Source: Babesia bigemina
Taxonomy: Eukaryota
Assembly (NCBI RefSeq): GCF_000981445.1
Contig: NC_027219.1
Span: 1-64,000 of the forward strand
DNA length: 64,000 nucleotides
Reading direction: 5' to 3'
The translations under genes and the position numbers were made by a program. The notes under the pieces are model-generated. The model was not told the origin of the DNA, did no database searches, and saw only the letters and a program-made list of their open reading frames with translations. Numbering within the stretch: position 1 is the stretch's first letter; each line of letters starts with the position of its first letter. This document shows positions 21,801-33,234 of the stretch, one piece after another.

Positions 21801-24800
21801 CCTTGAGGCGACGATTGGAGTGTAAGGGCCGGACTAAGCGGTGAACTATCACCAACGGATGATGTAGAGGTTGAGAGTGCATCACTTGGATTGTGCAATT
21901 GCGTAGGAAGTTGAGAATTTAAACTGTCCTGTGGTTTGCCATCCGTACTTCCTGCCGCCTCCCCACTTCCAGGATCAACGCCCTGGCCAGGTAATTTCAT
22001 GGTTGTGCCGGTGTCTGATGTGGTCGTAGAACTTAATCCATTTTGTTGACCGTGTTGAGAAGACCCCTGATTACTATCCGGACTAGAGGAACCAGAGGGA
22101 GCAAGGACACTCGAAGGCTGAAATACTGAATCTGTTACACTTGGGGATTGAGTGACAAGAGTGTCTGTAGAGACAGCAGGCTGTCGACCTGAAGAAGCAT
22201 CACCCTGTGAACTCCCACCCGGATCACCTAGAGGAACAGGGGGTGCAGGGGCTGCAGAACTGCGGGAAGAAGCTGTCGGCGAATGCGCTGGCTGAACTTG
22301 AGGTTCAACAGTCAACGTCGGAGTGTCTACGGCATCTGGAGGTGCAACAGTCTGTAAAGCCGGCTGAACCACTGCTGATATATCCGCGCCGAGGTCACCT
22401 TGCGTGCCAGTTACTTCAGGTGTTGCAGCACTGGAGGGAGAGCTCGGGGATTGAGACATATACGTCGATTGAGTAACATGCTGTTGCGTCAGAACAGGAT
22501 CTTGAACTGATGAGTCAGAAGATGCAACAGAATCGTTACCACCAACTGCATGAGGGCTTTGATCAGCTTCAGACCCTTGCGGGTTCTGATGATCGCTACC
22601 AGGAGACACAACTTGAACAGACGTTACAACTACCGGACTTGGAGACTTTTCCGTATTTTGATTATTGTCCTGCATCGGATTTACTCCCAGTTTGCCGCCG
22701 TGGATGGGTGTACCCTCAAGTTTATTAGTTCCTTCAGCTATTTTAGGCGTAATAGGCTCTGGCACTCTAATAACGGGAACTTTCTTCTCCGGAACCACTT
22801 CCTTGGGTAGTTCAGGAACTGCAGTAACATCGTGGCTAGCAGGTAAGGGTTCTAGCTGTGCTGGGGGAGGAGGGTGCGGTAGGGACGTAGAACTACCTGT
22901 AGAATCTGATCCCCCAGTACTACCCATCTCCCCTGCCGTACCATTCCCTCCTATGCCATCACCGCCATCCGAAGCAGCTCGATGAGTTGTGGGATGTATA
23001 GCAGCGGCACTCGAGACAACTCTATCGGTCGGCAAGGTTTGACCATTCGGGGGGTTCGATACAGAAGAAGACACCGACACACCTGGTTGAACAAAAGGAT
23101 TTGAACTACGCGCCTGGTCATTTGAATCACCGGAGGTGCCGCTGCGCCCAGGAGTAGCGGGAGTATGAGATGAGGCGATATGGCCTGGTTTTTCTTGGGG
23201 ACTGACAGATGGAATGTCAGGCTCTTGAACTGTTGTTGTCGACGATGTAGCATGATTTCGACTCACTGAAACACTTGGCGCTGGAGGCGCTTTAATTTCT
23301 ACGAGCTGTTGAGGTCCCGCCACTTGTTGACTGGAAGAGTTATCAGCATTTTGAGGTTGAGCAGCTTTTTGAGCTGATGAAGCTTGAACATGGGAAAGCC
23401 TGGAAGCTGTACGACTCTGAGCCACTGATTTCACTTGAGTGGCGCTACGTTGGGCGCCACTTCCCCTGCGATACCCTGCCCCTCCACTTCCTTTTACCCG
23501 TCTCGCACCAGACTCCATCTGGCCGCCATTTCCGCTATTTCGATTCCCTCCGGCTCCTCTGAAACCTTGAGCTCCGGATGAGTTACCTGTTGTGGGCTTG
23601 GGTGGTGGCGCAGGTCTGGCAGGTCTCGGGGGCCTAGGCGCAGGCGCCGGCCTAGGTCGTGGTTTTGGAGGCGGAGCTGGAGTACATTTCTCACCATCCA
23701 AAATCGTTTTAAGTTTTTTTAGCCCACCATTTTCATCGCTGCCAGTAAGCGTCTTGATTACACTTTCCCAGTCGTGTTTCAAACCCTCATACGGTGCAGC
23801 CATCTGTCCAAAGCTGATGCTCTCAAACGTGAATCCGTATGGAAAGAGATTGTATGTGAAATGTGGTCCCAGGTCTGCGTAATACTCCATAAGCTTGGAG
23901 GCGCCATTTGTATATCTGGTCATATCGAAAAGATCATAAGCATTACTAAAAGGCTTGATTCCCGTCATATTTTTAATGACCTGTTCCATATTATGTCTCA
24001 ACCACTGCGCTGTAGCCTTCGCAAAATCTTGTTTTTTCAGCTCTCCAATACCCCTTCCATAGCCGGTGAAGGCAAAGCCTTCGTTCTTGAAAATTCTGCC
24101 GAATTGTTCTTGAAGATGTTCACAATGACGCTTTAAAGATTCCCAATCTATGGTACAATTCCTGCTTCCCTTAATGCTCTCTTCCAATTTTTCTTTTAAC
24201 GCTCCGCCATTATTCTTCTTTGCCTCATCAGTCACAATCTCGCAAAACCTGTTTACCAATGCAAGAGCATTCGCCGTGTTTGGTTTATCTGCGCCTGAAC
24301 TTTCAGATAACACTGAAGTGGCGAATACATCACGGAAAAATTGGTCATCATGTTTTCCAAAAATGGCTTTAAGGTCCGTTACCATGGAATAACCACGGGA
24401 GTAACCGCCCCAATTATGACCGTATTTTATTTCTCGTCTAGTGAAGCCGCCGGGTAAAATGCCACCGTACTCATGTGATTTATTCGAAAAAAGATACTTA
24501 TTAAGATCACCTCCATAATCATACCCAAAATGTTTCCACCATGCCACTTCGTACCCAGGCCAGTTTTCCTTCCACCCCCCTCCTCCGAGTGGCACGAACG
24601 TATAAGCCACGCAATACCGCAAATAATAAATTGCAGAGAGGAACTTGGGGATGCACTCCAACAAAGCTTTGACAAGTATATCTGCGTCTCTGATTTCCGC
24701 ATCGCGGGACATTGAGGCTCCGGATAGAAACTGCTGTTCAGGGACGTAATCATAAACCAATTTTTTATAAAATGTATCCACGTGGCCCAGGAAGGTAGAC

Positions 24801-24979
24801 AATGATGATGCGATTTTACTTTGATCGAGATTATTATAATATTTTGCAAGTTTTTCACGCAATCTGCTGGCAACATGTGATTGCATATCCTTTCCCTTCC
24901 CCTCGGTGTTCAACCAATGCAGAAATATCAAACAGTCGCTGAGACTAGTGAGAATGATCCCGCCTTTTCGCGCCGCCAT
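18884..24979 (-). CDS. Large ves-superfamily surface antigen-like protein (2031 aa) with a low-complexity Ser/Pro/Gly/Gln centre and C-terminal TM
   Basis: Intact ATG ORF. The C-terminal domain has ves motifs (TVREMLYWL, SPLQAFL, YLSWTVYL), a TM and the tail YRLDVLHIRSHL; paralogue at 36493. Confidence 0.88.
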   Translation of the reverse strand: MAARKGGIILTSLSDCLIFLHWLNTEGKGKDMQSHVASRLREKLAKYYNNLDQSKIASSLSTFLGHVDTFYKKLVYDYVPEQQFLSGASMSRDAEIRDADILVKALLECIPKFLSAIYYLRYCVAYTFVPLGGGGWKENWPGYEVAWWKHFGYDYGGDLNKYLFSNKSHEYGGILPGGFTRREIKYGHNWGGYSRGYSMVTDLKAIFGKHDDQFFRDVFATSVLSESSGADKPNTANALALVNRFCEIVTDEAKKNNGGALKEKLEESIKGSRNCTIDWESLKRHCEHLQEQFGRIFKNEGFAFTGYGRGIGELKKQDFAKATAQWLRHNMEQVIKNMTGIKPFSNAYDLFDMTRYTNGASKLMEYYADLGPHFTYNLFPYGFTFESISFGQMAAPYEGLKHDWESVIKTLTGSDENGGLKKLKTILDGEKCTPAPPPKPRPRPAPAPRPPRPARPAPPPKPTTGNSSGAQGFRGAGGNRNSGNGGQMESGARRVKGSGGAGYRRGSGAQRSATQVKSVAQSRTASRLSHVQASSAQKAAQPQNADNSSSQQVAGPQQLVEIKAPPAPSVSVSRNHATSSTTTVQEPDIPSVSPQEKPGHIASSHTPATPGRSGTSGDSNDQARSSNPFVQPGVSVSSSVSNPPNGQTLPTDRVVSSAAAIHPTTHRAASDGGDGIGGNGTAGEMGSTGGSDSTGSSTSLPHPPPPAQLEPLPASHDVTAVPELPKEVVPEKKVPVIRVPEPITPKIAEGTNKLEGTPIHGGKLGVNPMQDNNQNTEKSPSPVVVTSVQVVSPGSDHQNPQGSEADQSPHAVGGNDSVASSDSSVQDPVLTQQHVTQSTYMSQSPSSPSSAATPEVTGTQGDLGADISAVVQPALQTVAPPDAVDTPTLTVEPQVQPAHSPTASSRSSAAPAPPVPLGDPGGSSQGDASSGRQPAVSTDTLVTQSPSVTDSVFQPSSVLAPSGSSSPDSNQGSSQHGQQNGLSSTTTSDTGTTMKLPGQGVDPGSGEAAGSTDGKPQDSLNSQLPTQLHNPSDALSTSTSSVGDSSPLSPALTLQSSPQGNSNDQSAGTSDESTTTVSQYDASDPAGGADAAGKQAQQSVDNNDNASQGQPGPTLSVPTPPPPSAPEPTTADTPSDSDTGSKNNSTLTQEPALPQGSGVQPPGSSSSEISDTDSDPVAPGSNGDQGSPGAGTLQPSPQPGHSDPQGVKQEPTQATSSPDSATSPTTIPAPSSQPGKADGGDQGLQDNSSRAQSDVISQAAAISQHSGVSGSVPSPTGSLGSDPIQLPNAQLVSKDNQQSAQGSQQGSSATKMPATTVQSSDSDGSVPGGVGTSSIVQPPDPNIEISFEVGKFDDTLSDANSNALQDQATNKAPNVIFDIIKPTFANYGEDSPATPSLTPPVGLHRDYDAINDVSDETKETRSNTEDSVDLFIDVLKHPPSQPLAEYDPEYIHAAPKLGRPKVDDLDDLALKDAEGAKMYTPLAVFPGQSPFDDNPNVCQAPWYVPEHSKNLIPPIVTPPPVTDHLHSPKTVREMLYWLVGVVELGYIGFIRKHVDVVLDDVNTDSFLPTNVLLVTRNLTTVTSHEISQTLTAACHYAAKVLHRLKHRDVSNETSIPEFNAEYRNYYYSSDPDGLLCQLRDYVYAAHHQLMFLRSQCGRDKFRGGWKSYEYSSGIKEQSPLQAFLTDSWDSTFHTHFFDPCNICLKSRIKMGFKDKDLPNISQKGSVISSILSATCSVDEDPLLTLCSYLNCLSRRTPRTTAELISFFDHFGSELLSGSDQTLTDLGKAITEPPALYPNWDHFEAHDLRAVRDIRRPESPVSKHDNDHAGTLSTLLGCDSVTSNGPKLLSPITYRAYALYSPAFAQTYLSWTVYLADVLRDSLDRLRYDFKTHTCSGNKSFNQCDMAMPLLYLHGLTPSEGISQSSLTCSQVITKLEEVVNGGPIGKLITCMDEFLYRVRGPFIYLVIALWSAAFLIFAKTMIYRLDVLHIRSHLIRSTASHRIDVKALLTKGRKMLSLYGVDYFDDDPMLS

Positions 24980-26189
24980 CGTGACTTATGAAGCCGTCAA
25001 CAAAATTCAACCAGTCGCGCTACGCTTACAAAAAGGCAATTAAACCGTCCATACTGTCTGATATGGATGCTACGACCTGTATCATCTCTACAATGACCAC
25101 CCACTACGTGCACTCAGGTAGACAGCGTATCCAAACCGCAAGGTGGGCCGAGTGACATGGTTAGCTCCTCCATCGTCAGACCAAAACGAACCTCTATAAA
25201 CGCAGTGAACGATGACATATGCGTGTCCACTCAACCCTGAAAAATACGTGGACGAGCAGTGAATTCTGACAAACCTCCCTCCGACCTGGAGTCAGTCAGT
25301 CAGCCAGCCAAGGGTTCCAGGACAACTAAATCGCCAACACTGTTACACTACATATAACCGTATGATAACTTAACGAATATCCAAATTTAGGGTGGAAGCG
25401 AGGGTAAGTCTCCCAACCCGGCATCACGACCCCGCCAAGCACCCGCCCCTCAGCGTGCCGTCACTTTTCGGGCAGCCGGCAACAAACGTATTGTCATTAT
25501 CACGACAACCACGCGCCCGGCACCACAGAAGAAACGCTTTTCGACTAAGAATTAAAATATTATTTTAGTCGGAGTGTTCGGTCAACTAGCATTAGGGTTG
25601 CCCGGCCGCAACTCCACCCACCCTGAGCCGCATCGCCCAACCACTTGCCACCATTGGACACGGTAAAGGTTCTATATTACCCGCCCAGGTGATTTGCATC
25701 ACGGCATTACGTTGTAATTCATTGCCACGAGGCCGCCTGTGATGCTGGGCAGATACGTCATCCCTAGGACGTCACGCCGGAAAATGTCTCCCCAGTACCT
25801 AGCATAGAGATTTATACGATGTCAACACAATCCACATTGTCATAAACACGTTAGCCATCTACCTAACGTGGTACTCACAGCGTCAGCTGGAGGCACTCAT
25901 TAATGGGTTACACGGATGGCCGCTCACCCAGATTTATAATCCAGTTAAAATAGGATAACACAACCACGTATCACTAGTAACGCAGATCAACTAGCAATTA
26001 ACAACGCAATGCATCAACTAAACTCACTACTAAACCGCTGATTAGGTATTACGCTAGACATTAGGTTAGGCGGTGGGTTGTTGGTTAGGTGGCTGGGTGA
26101 GCTAGGTTGTGGCATATTTGTAGTTGTGAGTACTGTGAACGTGATTAGCAACATAATGACAGTGATATATATCACACGCGTAGTTGCGA

Positions 26190-29100
26190 CTAGGCTTGAA
26201 GGTACGATATCTTGCTGAGCTTGCCGACACGAGCGGCGGCGAGAAGTGACTGCGCAGCTATCTTGTGACTTGAAAGTGATCTCAGGTGGGAGCGGACGTG
26301 GAGCGTGTCTAGGCGTCCGAGCAAGACGTACAAAAGGTAGAGGAGCGATAGTGACCATAGGGCAAGGACTGTCCATATGAATGGTGCGCGTATAGTGAAC
26401 ATAAATGTATCTATTGCACTTAGAAAGTCTAGAAGCAATTTGGATTTTAAGATGCGATCGACGGATTCACGGAAATAGAAGCATTGTTTCTTGCTTTTGT
26501 CAGAGGCATCACGAAACGTTAAACCATATTGATAGAATACCGATGCTACACCTTTACACTGCACCATTGACATACATCCACATGGTTTGCAGCCGTGTTT
26601 GCCTCGCGTACATAAGACATAATTGAGGCATCCGCCGCACCCGGTATCGTAACACGAAATACCAGAGTAGGCTTCTTTCACGCGTTTGAGGAATACGACC
26701 ATACGAGGACATAAGTATAACAACCACGACAGATACTTGTCGGAGTGTTTTGGCGCGAAAATGGAATATGCAGGACGGTTAAGCATGTTGATATAATTTC
26801 CACATTGGTCATTTTTACAACCAATGAGGTATTTCAGGTCAAGGTCATCATTCATGTTATGATTGTCATGAGCCGTCGAACGATTTAATTCTCTACACGG
26901 CCTTAGCAAATTCTTGGCAGCATTGTAGTCGCACGCCACGGTTGCTATTATTTTATCGCTAATGGCATTTTGTATGTTGGTCGTGTTGAAAGCAGTCTCC
27001 TCATCTGGCATCCACGTCCACTGCTGCGTAAGCTGACAGTAGAAGGAAAAGATGTCTGGAAACGCGACAGGTGGACGGGCAGCATAGCATGTTAGAGAGG
27101 AATAGAGTGCAACGAGCATCCCATTGTTACCGCATATTTTGTCAAGTGTTGAACACAGGTCCTTACCCGTCTTGGTAGATCCAGAGAACGCCCTAAACCC
27201 TAGAGGAGTAAGGCAGGGCATACCAGGCGCGCCCTTAAGACATGTTTCGCATTCCGATTTACATCCAACACTAGTTAAGTGATGCGGCAAGTGACCAGGT
27301 AAACAATCGTTAAGATACCTCATTAGTGGCGATGTTTGTTGGCATGTTGCTCCCTCTGTTGACTGGCTTATATATTGCGATTTGGTTGTCGGTATGTCCT
27401 TGCCATATCTACACTCACGCCATCCGTAGAGCTTAGAGGGGATGCTGCACTGCGATTGCACGAATCGGAGGACCGGGAACAATCTGCGAAGAATGTCCAG
27501 CAACATGTCGAAGCACTCGGCGGCAGTAGAAGGGTAATACAACCCTAGACAATTGCCAATATATTGGCAGCAATAGAATGTGCTAGCATCTCCCGTTCCG
27601 ACGAACGTAGTTAGAAGTGTCTGCGAATACCAGGATAAGCGAGGTAAATGAATCGACAAAACTTCCCATAGTTTTGTTTTGAGCAGTGCATCTTTTTCAT
27701 TGCTGTGCAACATATAACAATGTTTAATGAGTGCCTCATAGACGGAGTTATGTTGCAAACTGCCCAACCAACAAAGCATGTCGAAGATGCTACAGGGATG
27801 GGTGGCATTTTTAATTACCCTAAGGTGGCGAACCTTGTGATATGTGGATATATGAGTGCATTGCTGGAGAAGAGACGCAAGAATATCATATTTGGTTTGA
27901 TGTTCCGACTTTAACAAGCCAACAATTTTCTCAGCATTGAATCCCTCCTTGTGATTCAACTCGCCATGTACACTTGCCGAGTGACGACCAGCATCGTAAC
28001 CACGTTGCGCGAAGAATACAGCATTGAGACTCTCAGCTTCATTAGGGTTGTATATTACATATTTTTTCCATTTGCCTTTAGAGTCACTAATCTCTCGCTT
28101 AAGCTCACTTAAATCGCTCAACATAAGAGGAAATATGCTGAAACATATTCTTGCATAATTGTGTTCATAATTATCTCCCCATTTTCCTCCGGAGTACGTG
28201 TTGACATACACTTTGGATAGTTGTCTAGTAAATGACAGCAGCCCCTTCTTCAGGGCGTCGAGCGGGGGACAGGATGTGGCACCGAACATCGAAGGTTTGA
28301 ACGAGGTAAGCGATGTCGTGAGTGCATCAAGCAACTTTAGAAATTCATTATCAAAATTGTATTTGTTCTCAGTGTTGCCAATGAACTTGAGTAAGAAGTC
28401 AAGCGCGTCTTTAATTTTATTGATGCCCCCAATATATGCGTGGTTGGGTGAATTCGGAGAGTCGAAGGTTCTATTGATTTCACTCCAGACGTAAACAACA
28501 ATTTCATCCAGATAATTCTTGGATGGAACCGACAATGTGCCTGCACTTCGCAAATTTGTCGCTGCTTTGAGCTGCTCAAGCAATGTTGTATCACGTGTCT
28601 GAGCAGGTGTATTCTTCCCGCCGTACATAGCCTTCATCAAACCTTTAATTCCTGTTGCCTTGTCAGCCTTTATAGCTGTCTCTACCAGCGCATGTTGCTT
28701 CTGAACCACATTGTTAAATATGCTCATTTCGTGGATCCGGGAGTCTACGTACTGCGCTTCCGCCTGATCGGTGATGTTCTTGATTTTTTCTTCGACCTGG
28801 GCAGCGAGTTTATTCTGAATGTCTCGTATTGTTTGTTTAGACTGTTGCTCGATGGTCCGGAGGAATGCCGCGGCATTATCTAATATGTTTTTCAAGTTGC
28901 CTTCCGCAGTCGTTTTAAGAATGTCGTCAATACGTTTTTTAATACCATCAAGAGATTTTGTATTGCTATCGCTATCATCATTAGGCCCATTCTTGGTAAG
29001 CATCTTATCCAACTCCTCGAAATAATTTCTAACACCTTTTGGGTCGACACCGCCCACTCCGGCGCTCCCAGCAAATCCTTGGATTGTGGACATGAGAGTG

Positions 29101-31121
29101 AATAGATTTGCTTCAACCTTTTCAAGCAAGTTTTGGAAGGTATGTTGATCAATTTGTGTTTCTTTGTTACTGCCATTTACAATTGCCAAATCTTCATCGA
29201 CCACTGTTTTTTTTACTTGTGCAATATTTTCGTTGATGGCACTTTCTTTTGCTGCGTCAAATTGCTTGATAAGTGGGTTGCCTGATGTATGTGGCTGAGT
29301 GTTAAGAGGCCCATACATCTTCTCAATCTTGTCTTGGGCATCGAGTGACATCGAGCCGAAGAAGGATTCTTTTGATTTTGTTAGAAACACGTTTTTTAGA
29401 CCTTCTAAAGCATTCAGTACGTCCACGAAGCCACCTCTAGTATTACTTAGAGATGTCACCAAAGTGCCCTCGTCACTTTCGTTTTTCACAATTTTCAGCC
29501 ATTCCTGTAACTCAGGACTTTGGAGGTTCTCCACTGTACCGACCCCACGTCTAGCCGCTTCACCAAACTTAGCCTTCACCAATTCATTAAAATACGTTTT
29601 GATGCACTCCTTACAATCATTTTTCAACTGGCCTAAATCCTTCAATAGAGCCACGCGTACTGCGGCTTCAATATAACCAGGTACCGTAGCTAGCAATAAC
29701 TTGGCATGCGTCTTCGCTTTGCTTGCCGCAACGTATAGTGTATCTGCTTTGTTTTTCAAAGCATCTGCAGCATTTTTAACCTCGTTTCTCTTTTTACCTA
29801 TCGACGGGTTGTCATCAACCTCCTTCAATATAGCTTCGGCTTGCGCAATCCCGTACTCCGCAATCTGCTTAGCACGATCAATCCATTTTCCTAAGTCATT
29901 AAAAACATTTTGCAAATCATTATTAACTTGTGTAATTGGCTTCTGAATGTTGGTCGTAAACTCACTCGTCAACTGGTCCTGAAGCTCTAAAAATTTTTTT
30001 TCCACATCCTTATTCACTTCTGTTTTTAAATCTGCCATCTGCTTTTCAATCGTAGTATTCATGCTATCCAACTGCAAAAAGTCTCTATCCCACGATTTTT
30101 CAAAGCGTTGAACTTCACGCTTAATTTTCATTAATGACTCTCGAAGTTTCTTGCGTAGCTCAGTATCTAAGGCAATGAGTGCGGAATTATCACATTCCAA
30201 AATCTCTGCAATGCATTTTTTCGATGTGCCAAGGCACTGCTGGAGACAACCATCAACCGTGTCAAGATCCACATATTTGTTGGTGCTAGTATCGCGTTCA
30301 GAAATTTTTGTTAAATTCGTCACTACATTATCCTTCATTGAACTAATTAACCCCGTAACTTTTCCAGTCTTACTGTTCACCTCCCTCCCATACCCCTCCA
30401 ACCACCCCTTCACCGCGTCGACAGACTCCACAAGCCCAGCACGGCCGGAGCCAATTTGAGATTGTAAGTCATTTAGTACCTTTTCAAGCTTAAGTTGTGG
30501 ATTATTATCATACGTTTTAACTGCATCTTCATTTTTTACTTCACTGAGAACACCATACAAAAATCCCATCACCCCGTCACACAGCCTGTCCAAGTCGGAG
30601 TACACAATACCGCTGCCAGTGTAGCCTTTGGAAGTTGGATTGAAGCCGAGGAATGTTTCGAGGCCGGTGCAGAGGTTATTAAGTAAATCTTTACATTGAG
30701 TTTCATTAGTGAATCCAGTAAGACTCTCTTGAAGATTTTTTAGATGATCTAACTTGGACTCAATTTCATCATAAGCTTTCTGTCGGGAATCGTCAAGGTG
30801 ACTTTTATAGCAATTTTTAATGCCTTCACATTGCGATTTAAGGTTTTCAAAAGTTTTTGGGGAAAGATTTTTTGAATCTCTAAGTTTCTCAACTTCAGCC
30901 ACTTTATCCTTACAACACTTGTACGACTTGGCAGAATCAAGAGCCTGAAGAAGCGCACTTACATTAGTGGTATACGCCTTTTCAATAGCCTCCTCAATTA
31001 ACTTTTTCAATGCTTTGGCCAACTCACCAAGTCCATTTCCACTCCCATGCCTAACCTGGATAAGCCAGTCGATGGCCTCCCGGAGGTTCTCGGGACAATC
31101 CGTAAGTTTCTTAGGCGCCAT
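26190..31121 (-). CDS. ves1: VESA1-like antigen, full length (1643 aa)
   Basis: ATG start MAPKKLTDCPENLREAIDWLIQVRHG, GIVYSDLDRLCDGVMGFL, C-terminal TM and tail RLDTLHVRSHLRSLSSHKIAAQSLLAAARVGKLSKISYLQA. Confidence 0.92.
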   Translation of the reverse strand: MAPKKLTDCPENLREAIDWLIQVRHGSGNGLGELAKALKKLIEEAIEKAYTTNVSALLQALDSAKSYKCCKDKVAEVEKLRDSKNLSPKTFENLKSQCEGIKNCYKSHLDDSRQKAYDEIESKLDHLKNLQESLTGFTNETQCKDLLNNLCTGLETFLGFNPTSKGYTGSGIVYSDLDRLCDGVMGFLYGVLSEVKNEDAVKTYDNNPQLKLEKVLNDLQSQIGSGRAGLVESVDAVKGWLEGYGREVNSKTGKVTGLISSMKDNVVTNLTKISERDTSTNKYVDLDTVDGCLQQCLGTSKKCIAEILECDNSALIALDTELRKKLRESLMKIKREVQRFEKSWDRDFLQLDSMNTTIEKQMADLKTEVNKDVEKKFLELQDQLTSEFTTNIQKPITQVNNDLQNVFNDLGKWIDRAKQIAEYGIAQAEAILKEVDDNPSIGKKRNEVKNAADALKNKADTLYVAASKAKTHAKLLLATVPGYIEAAVRVALLKDLGQLKNDCKECIKTYFNELVKAKFGEAARRGVGTVENLQSPELQEWLKIVKNESDEGTLVTSLSNTRGGFVDVLNALEGLKNVFLTKSKESFFGSMSLDAQDKIEKMYGPLNTQPHTSGNPLIKQFDAAKESAINENIAQVKKTVVDEDLAIVNGSNKETQIDQHTFQNLLEKVEANLFTLMSTIQGFAGSAGVGGVDPKGVRNYFEELDKMLTKNGPNDDSDSNTKSLDGIKKRIDDILKTTAEGNLKNILDNAAAFLRTIEQQSKQTIRDIQNKLAAQVEEKIKNITDQAEAQYVDSRIHEMSIFNNVVQKQHALVETAIKADKATGIKGLMKAMYGGKNTPAQTRDTTLLEQLKAATNLRSAGTLSVPSKNYLDEIVVYVWSEINRTFDSPNSPNHAYIGGINKIKDALDFLLKFIGNTENKYNFDNEFLKLLDALTTSLTSFKPSMFGATSCPPLDALKKGLLSFTRQLSKVYVNTYSGGKWGDNYEHNYARICFSIFPLMLSDLSELKREISDSKGKWKKYVIYNPNEAESLNAVFFAQRGYDAGRHSASVHGELNHKEGFNAEKIVGLLKSEHQTKYDILASLLQQCTHISTYHKVRHLRVIKNATHPCSIFDMLCWLGSLQHNSVYEALIKHCYMLHSNEKDALLKTKLWEVLSIHLPRLSWYSQTLLTTFVGTGDASTFYCCQYIGNCLGLYYPSTAAECFDMLLDILRRLFPVLRFVQSQCSIPSKLYGWRECRYGKDIPTTKSQYISQSTEGATCQQTSPLMRYLNDCLPGHLPHHLTSVGCKSECETCLKGAPGMPCLTPLGFRAFSGSTKTGKDLCSTLDKICGNNGMLVALYSSLTCYAARPPVAFPDIFSFYCQLTQQWTWMPDEETAFNTTNIQNAISDKIIATVACDYNAAKNLLRPCRELNRSTAHDNHNMNDDLDLKYLIGCKNDQCGNYINMLNRPAYSIFAPKHSDKYLSWLLYLCPRMVVFLKRVKEAYSGISCYDTGCGGCLNYVLCTRGKHGCKPCGCMSMVQCKGVASVFYQYGLTFRDASDKSKKQCFYFRESVDRILKSKLLLDFLSAIDTFMFTIRAPFIWTVLALWSLSLLYLLYVLLGRLDTLHVRSHLRSLSSHKIAAQSLLAAARVGKLSKISYLQA

Positions 31122-33234
31122 CGTTTAGAAGCGAGAAACAACTCTGTTATTGATCGTATGGACTTACATATGCAATCCGAGGCTGCAGACCCTGACTCCT
31201 GCAAAAATGCGATTAGCGCCAGATGGTAGTCATAAAATTTTATTATGCCACCAACTACATTAGCTACACGCGTGTCAGATGACGGATGTATTTCTATACC
31301 ATGTCCAAACTAGCATCCGCCCCGCTCACCGATTCCCAACCTTCAGCGTCTAGACACCCAGAATTGCAATCCACTTTAGGTCTGGGCTGAAGCTTCTCAA
31401 CTACATTCAAGTGCTTAGAGGCAGAGAGGAGTGACCGCGATTCACAACTTCTGACAAGTAATATTCACATCGAATCATCTCTAGATCTCATAAAATTACT
31501 GCTCGACCCCATTACTTTTACAGACCACTAATCTGACAAAGTGCATCTTCCCGACACTTTAAGGGGAGGTGTCGTTGGGGCGAATGTAGATAACCGCTTC
31601 GTGTATACTAGTAGCAGGCGTGGTAACGAAAATACTGTCCCCCTTCCGCTTTCACAAGTAGTGGAGGCGATGCGTGATGGATGAGGGCGTAATGTTGACA
31701 TGGCGTATACCGAATCTAACTCGGAGTATGACCGAATATTATTGCGGACGATAAGCAATTGTATGAGACAGGAGTGGTAAGGGGTGGCGGATTACCATGG
31801 TAAGGATGGAGATCATAAGCGAAGACGGAGATGACAATGCCACCTAATGAAGATAATAGACTCATCTAAGATCGTCGGAAGAGCAGAAGCATCGCCTTGA
31901 TACCCGGATCGCCGGCGAAGATAACCTGGTAGAGACGGAGGTATCCAAGATGAGTAAGCATGAGTATCAGGTGGAGCTCCACGGAAGAGCATTCAGCTAG
32001 TGGAGAGGGTCAATGATGGTACCACAAGCGTGTAGTGGCATTACACCCAGGGAATAATAGCATTCTGTTAATGCCACTCGTGCCCAGACAGGACTAATGA
32101 CACCAGCTACGCTCGGCAACGGAACGGCGTGGAACCCGTAATCCAGGCAGTAGCGTGAGGCGATATCTCTTCAACGCTGAAAGCAATCCATGCGAGACGC
32201 GGCTAAATATAACACTACTGAAATACAAAACAAAAATCAACAACAATGGTCCTCCTCCACCTTGTCCATTATGCCCTTTAGCCCACTCTCCATCTCTATC
32301 CCTGTAAGTCCGTCTACCCTCCCAACATCTTCATCACGACCCCTAAGCCCTGCTCTCTTTCGCTCATTTAATGCCACCAGCACGGTGCTTTACAGCTCAT
32401 TGATTGAATGTCTCAGTCCCTACCACCATTGTCTGGACATGGCACAGCACATTTTTGAAAAACCAAACACGTCCAACAAACACCATTTAAGTGTCTCAAG
32501 GCTGCGTTACCTGCCAAGTGAGTGGCGTCCTCGCCGTCGTTCGTGAGACTTGGAAACGGTATCACATTTCAGGGACAGTTGACTCCTACGGTAATGAGGA
32601 CTGTTACCTAGAATGTGCTAAACACACCACCAGCGGCCATGAGTCACGCTACGAATCGGCGACGTAATGATGGTCTTGTACACATACAATAGGCTCGTTG
32701 TCGTCTGTTTAAAAGGACAGGATGATGTGTGTGTGGACGCACTGGGTACAGAGGGCGATAAAAATAAAATGGAAATTTGCACCAACGTAGACACACATTG
32801 CATACACGTTGATATAACATGTAAAGCGGTGAACACTCGTGTGATGATCTCAGATTTGCCGTGTATATAGGACTCTATGTGGGCTGGGTGCGGGTAAGAG
32901 TGATAAGGTAAAATATAAGGCCGACCGAACAACTTTAGAGACGCTTGTCGCACATTGACATACGTTGATCGTGTCAAACCATGCAGGCACCCATGAACGT
33001 TGTGAGCAACAGAGCTGCCACGAAGGCGCCATTTGGTACACCGTCATCACGCACGTAACTCGAGGCCCCTACTGCCACTAACGCAAGCAGCATTAGTGAG
33101 AACATGAATGCAATAAGATAGCATTACCGTGTGTTGCTACTACATTGCCGTGATACAGCTACTGAGTTGTGACAAAGTGACAGCTGTTTCGACGTGACAA
33201 TTACAGCTGTTGCGATACTAACACTCAACGTCTT

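Noticed and set aside
31790..32200. Purine-rich coding-like stretch with a 10-bp inverted repeat (AGTGGCATTA/TAATGCCACT)
   Set aside because: Multiple stops and no recognisable homology; the hairpin is short enough to arise by chance
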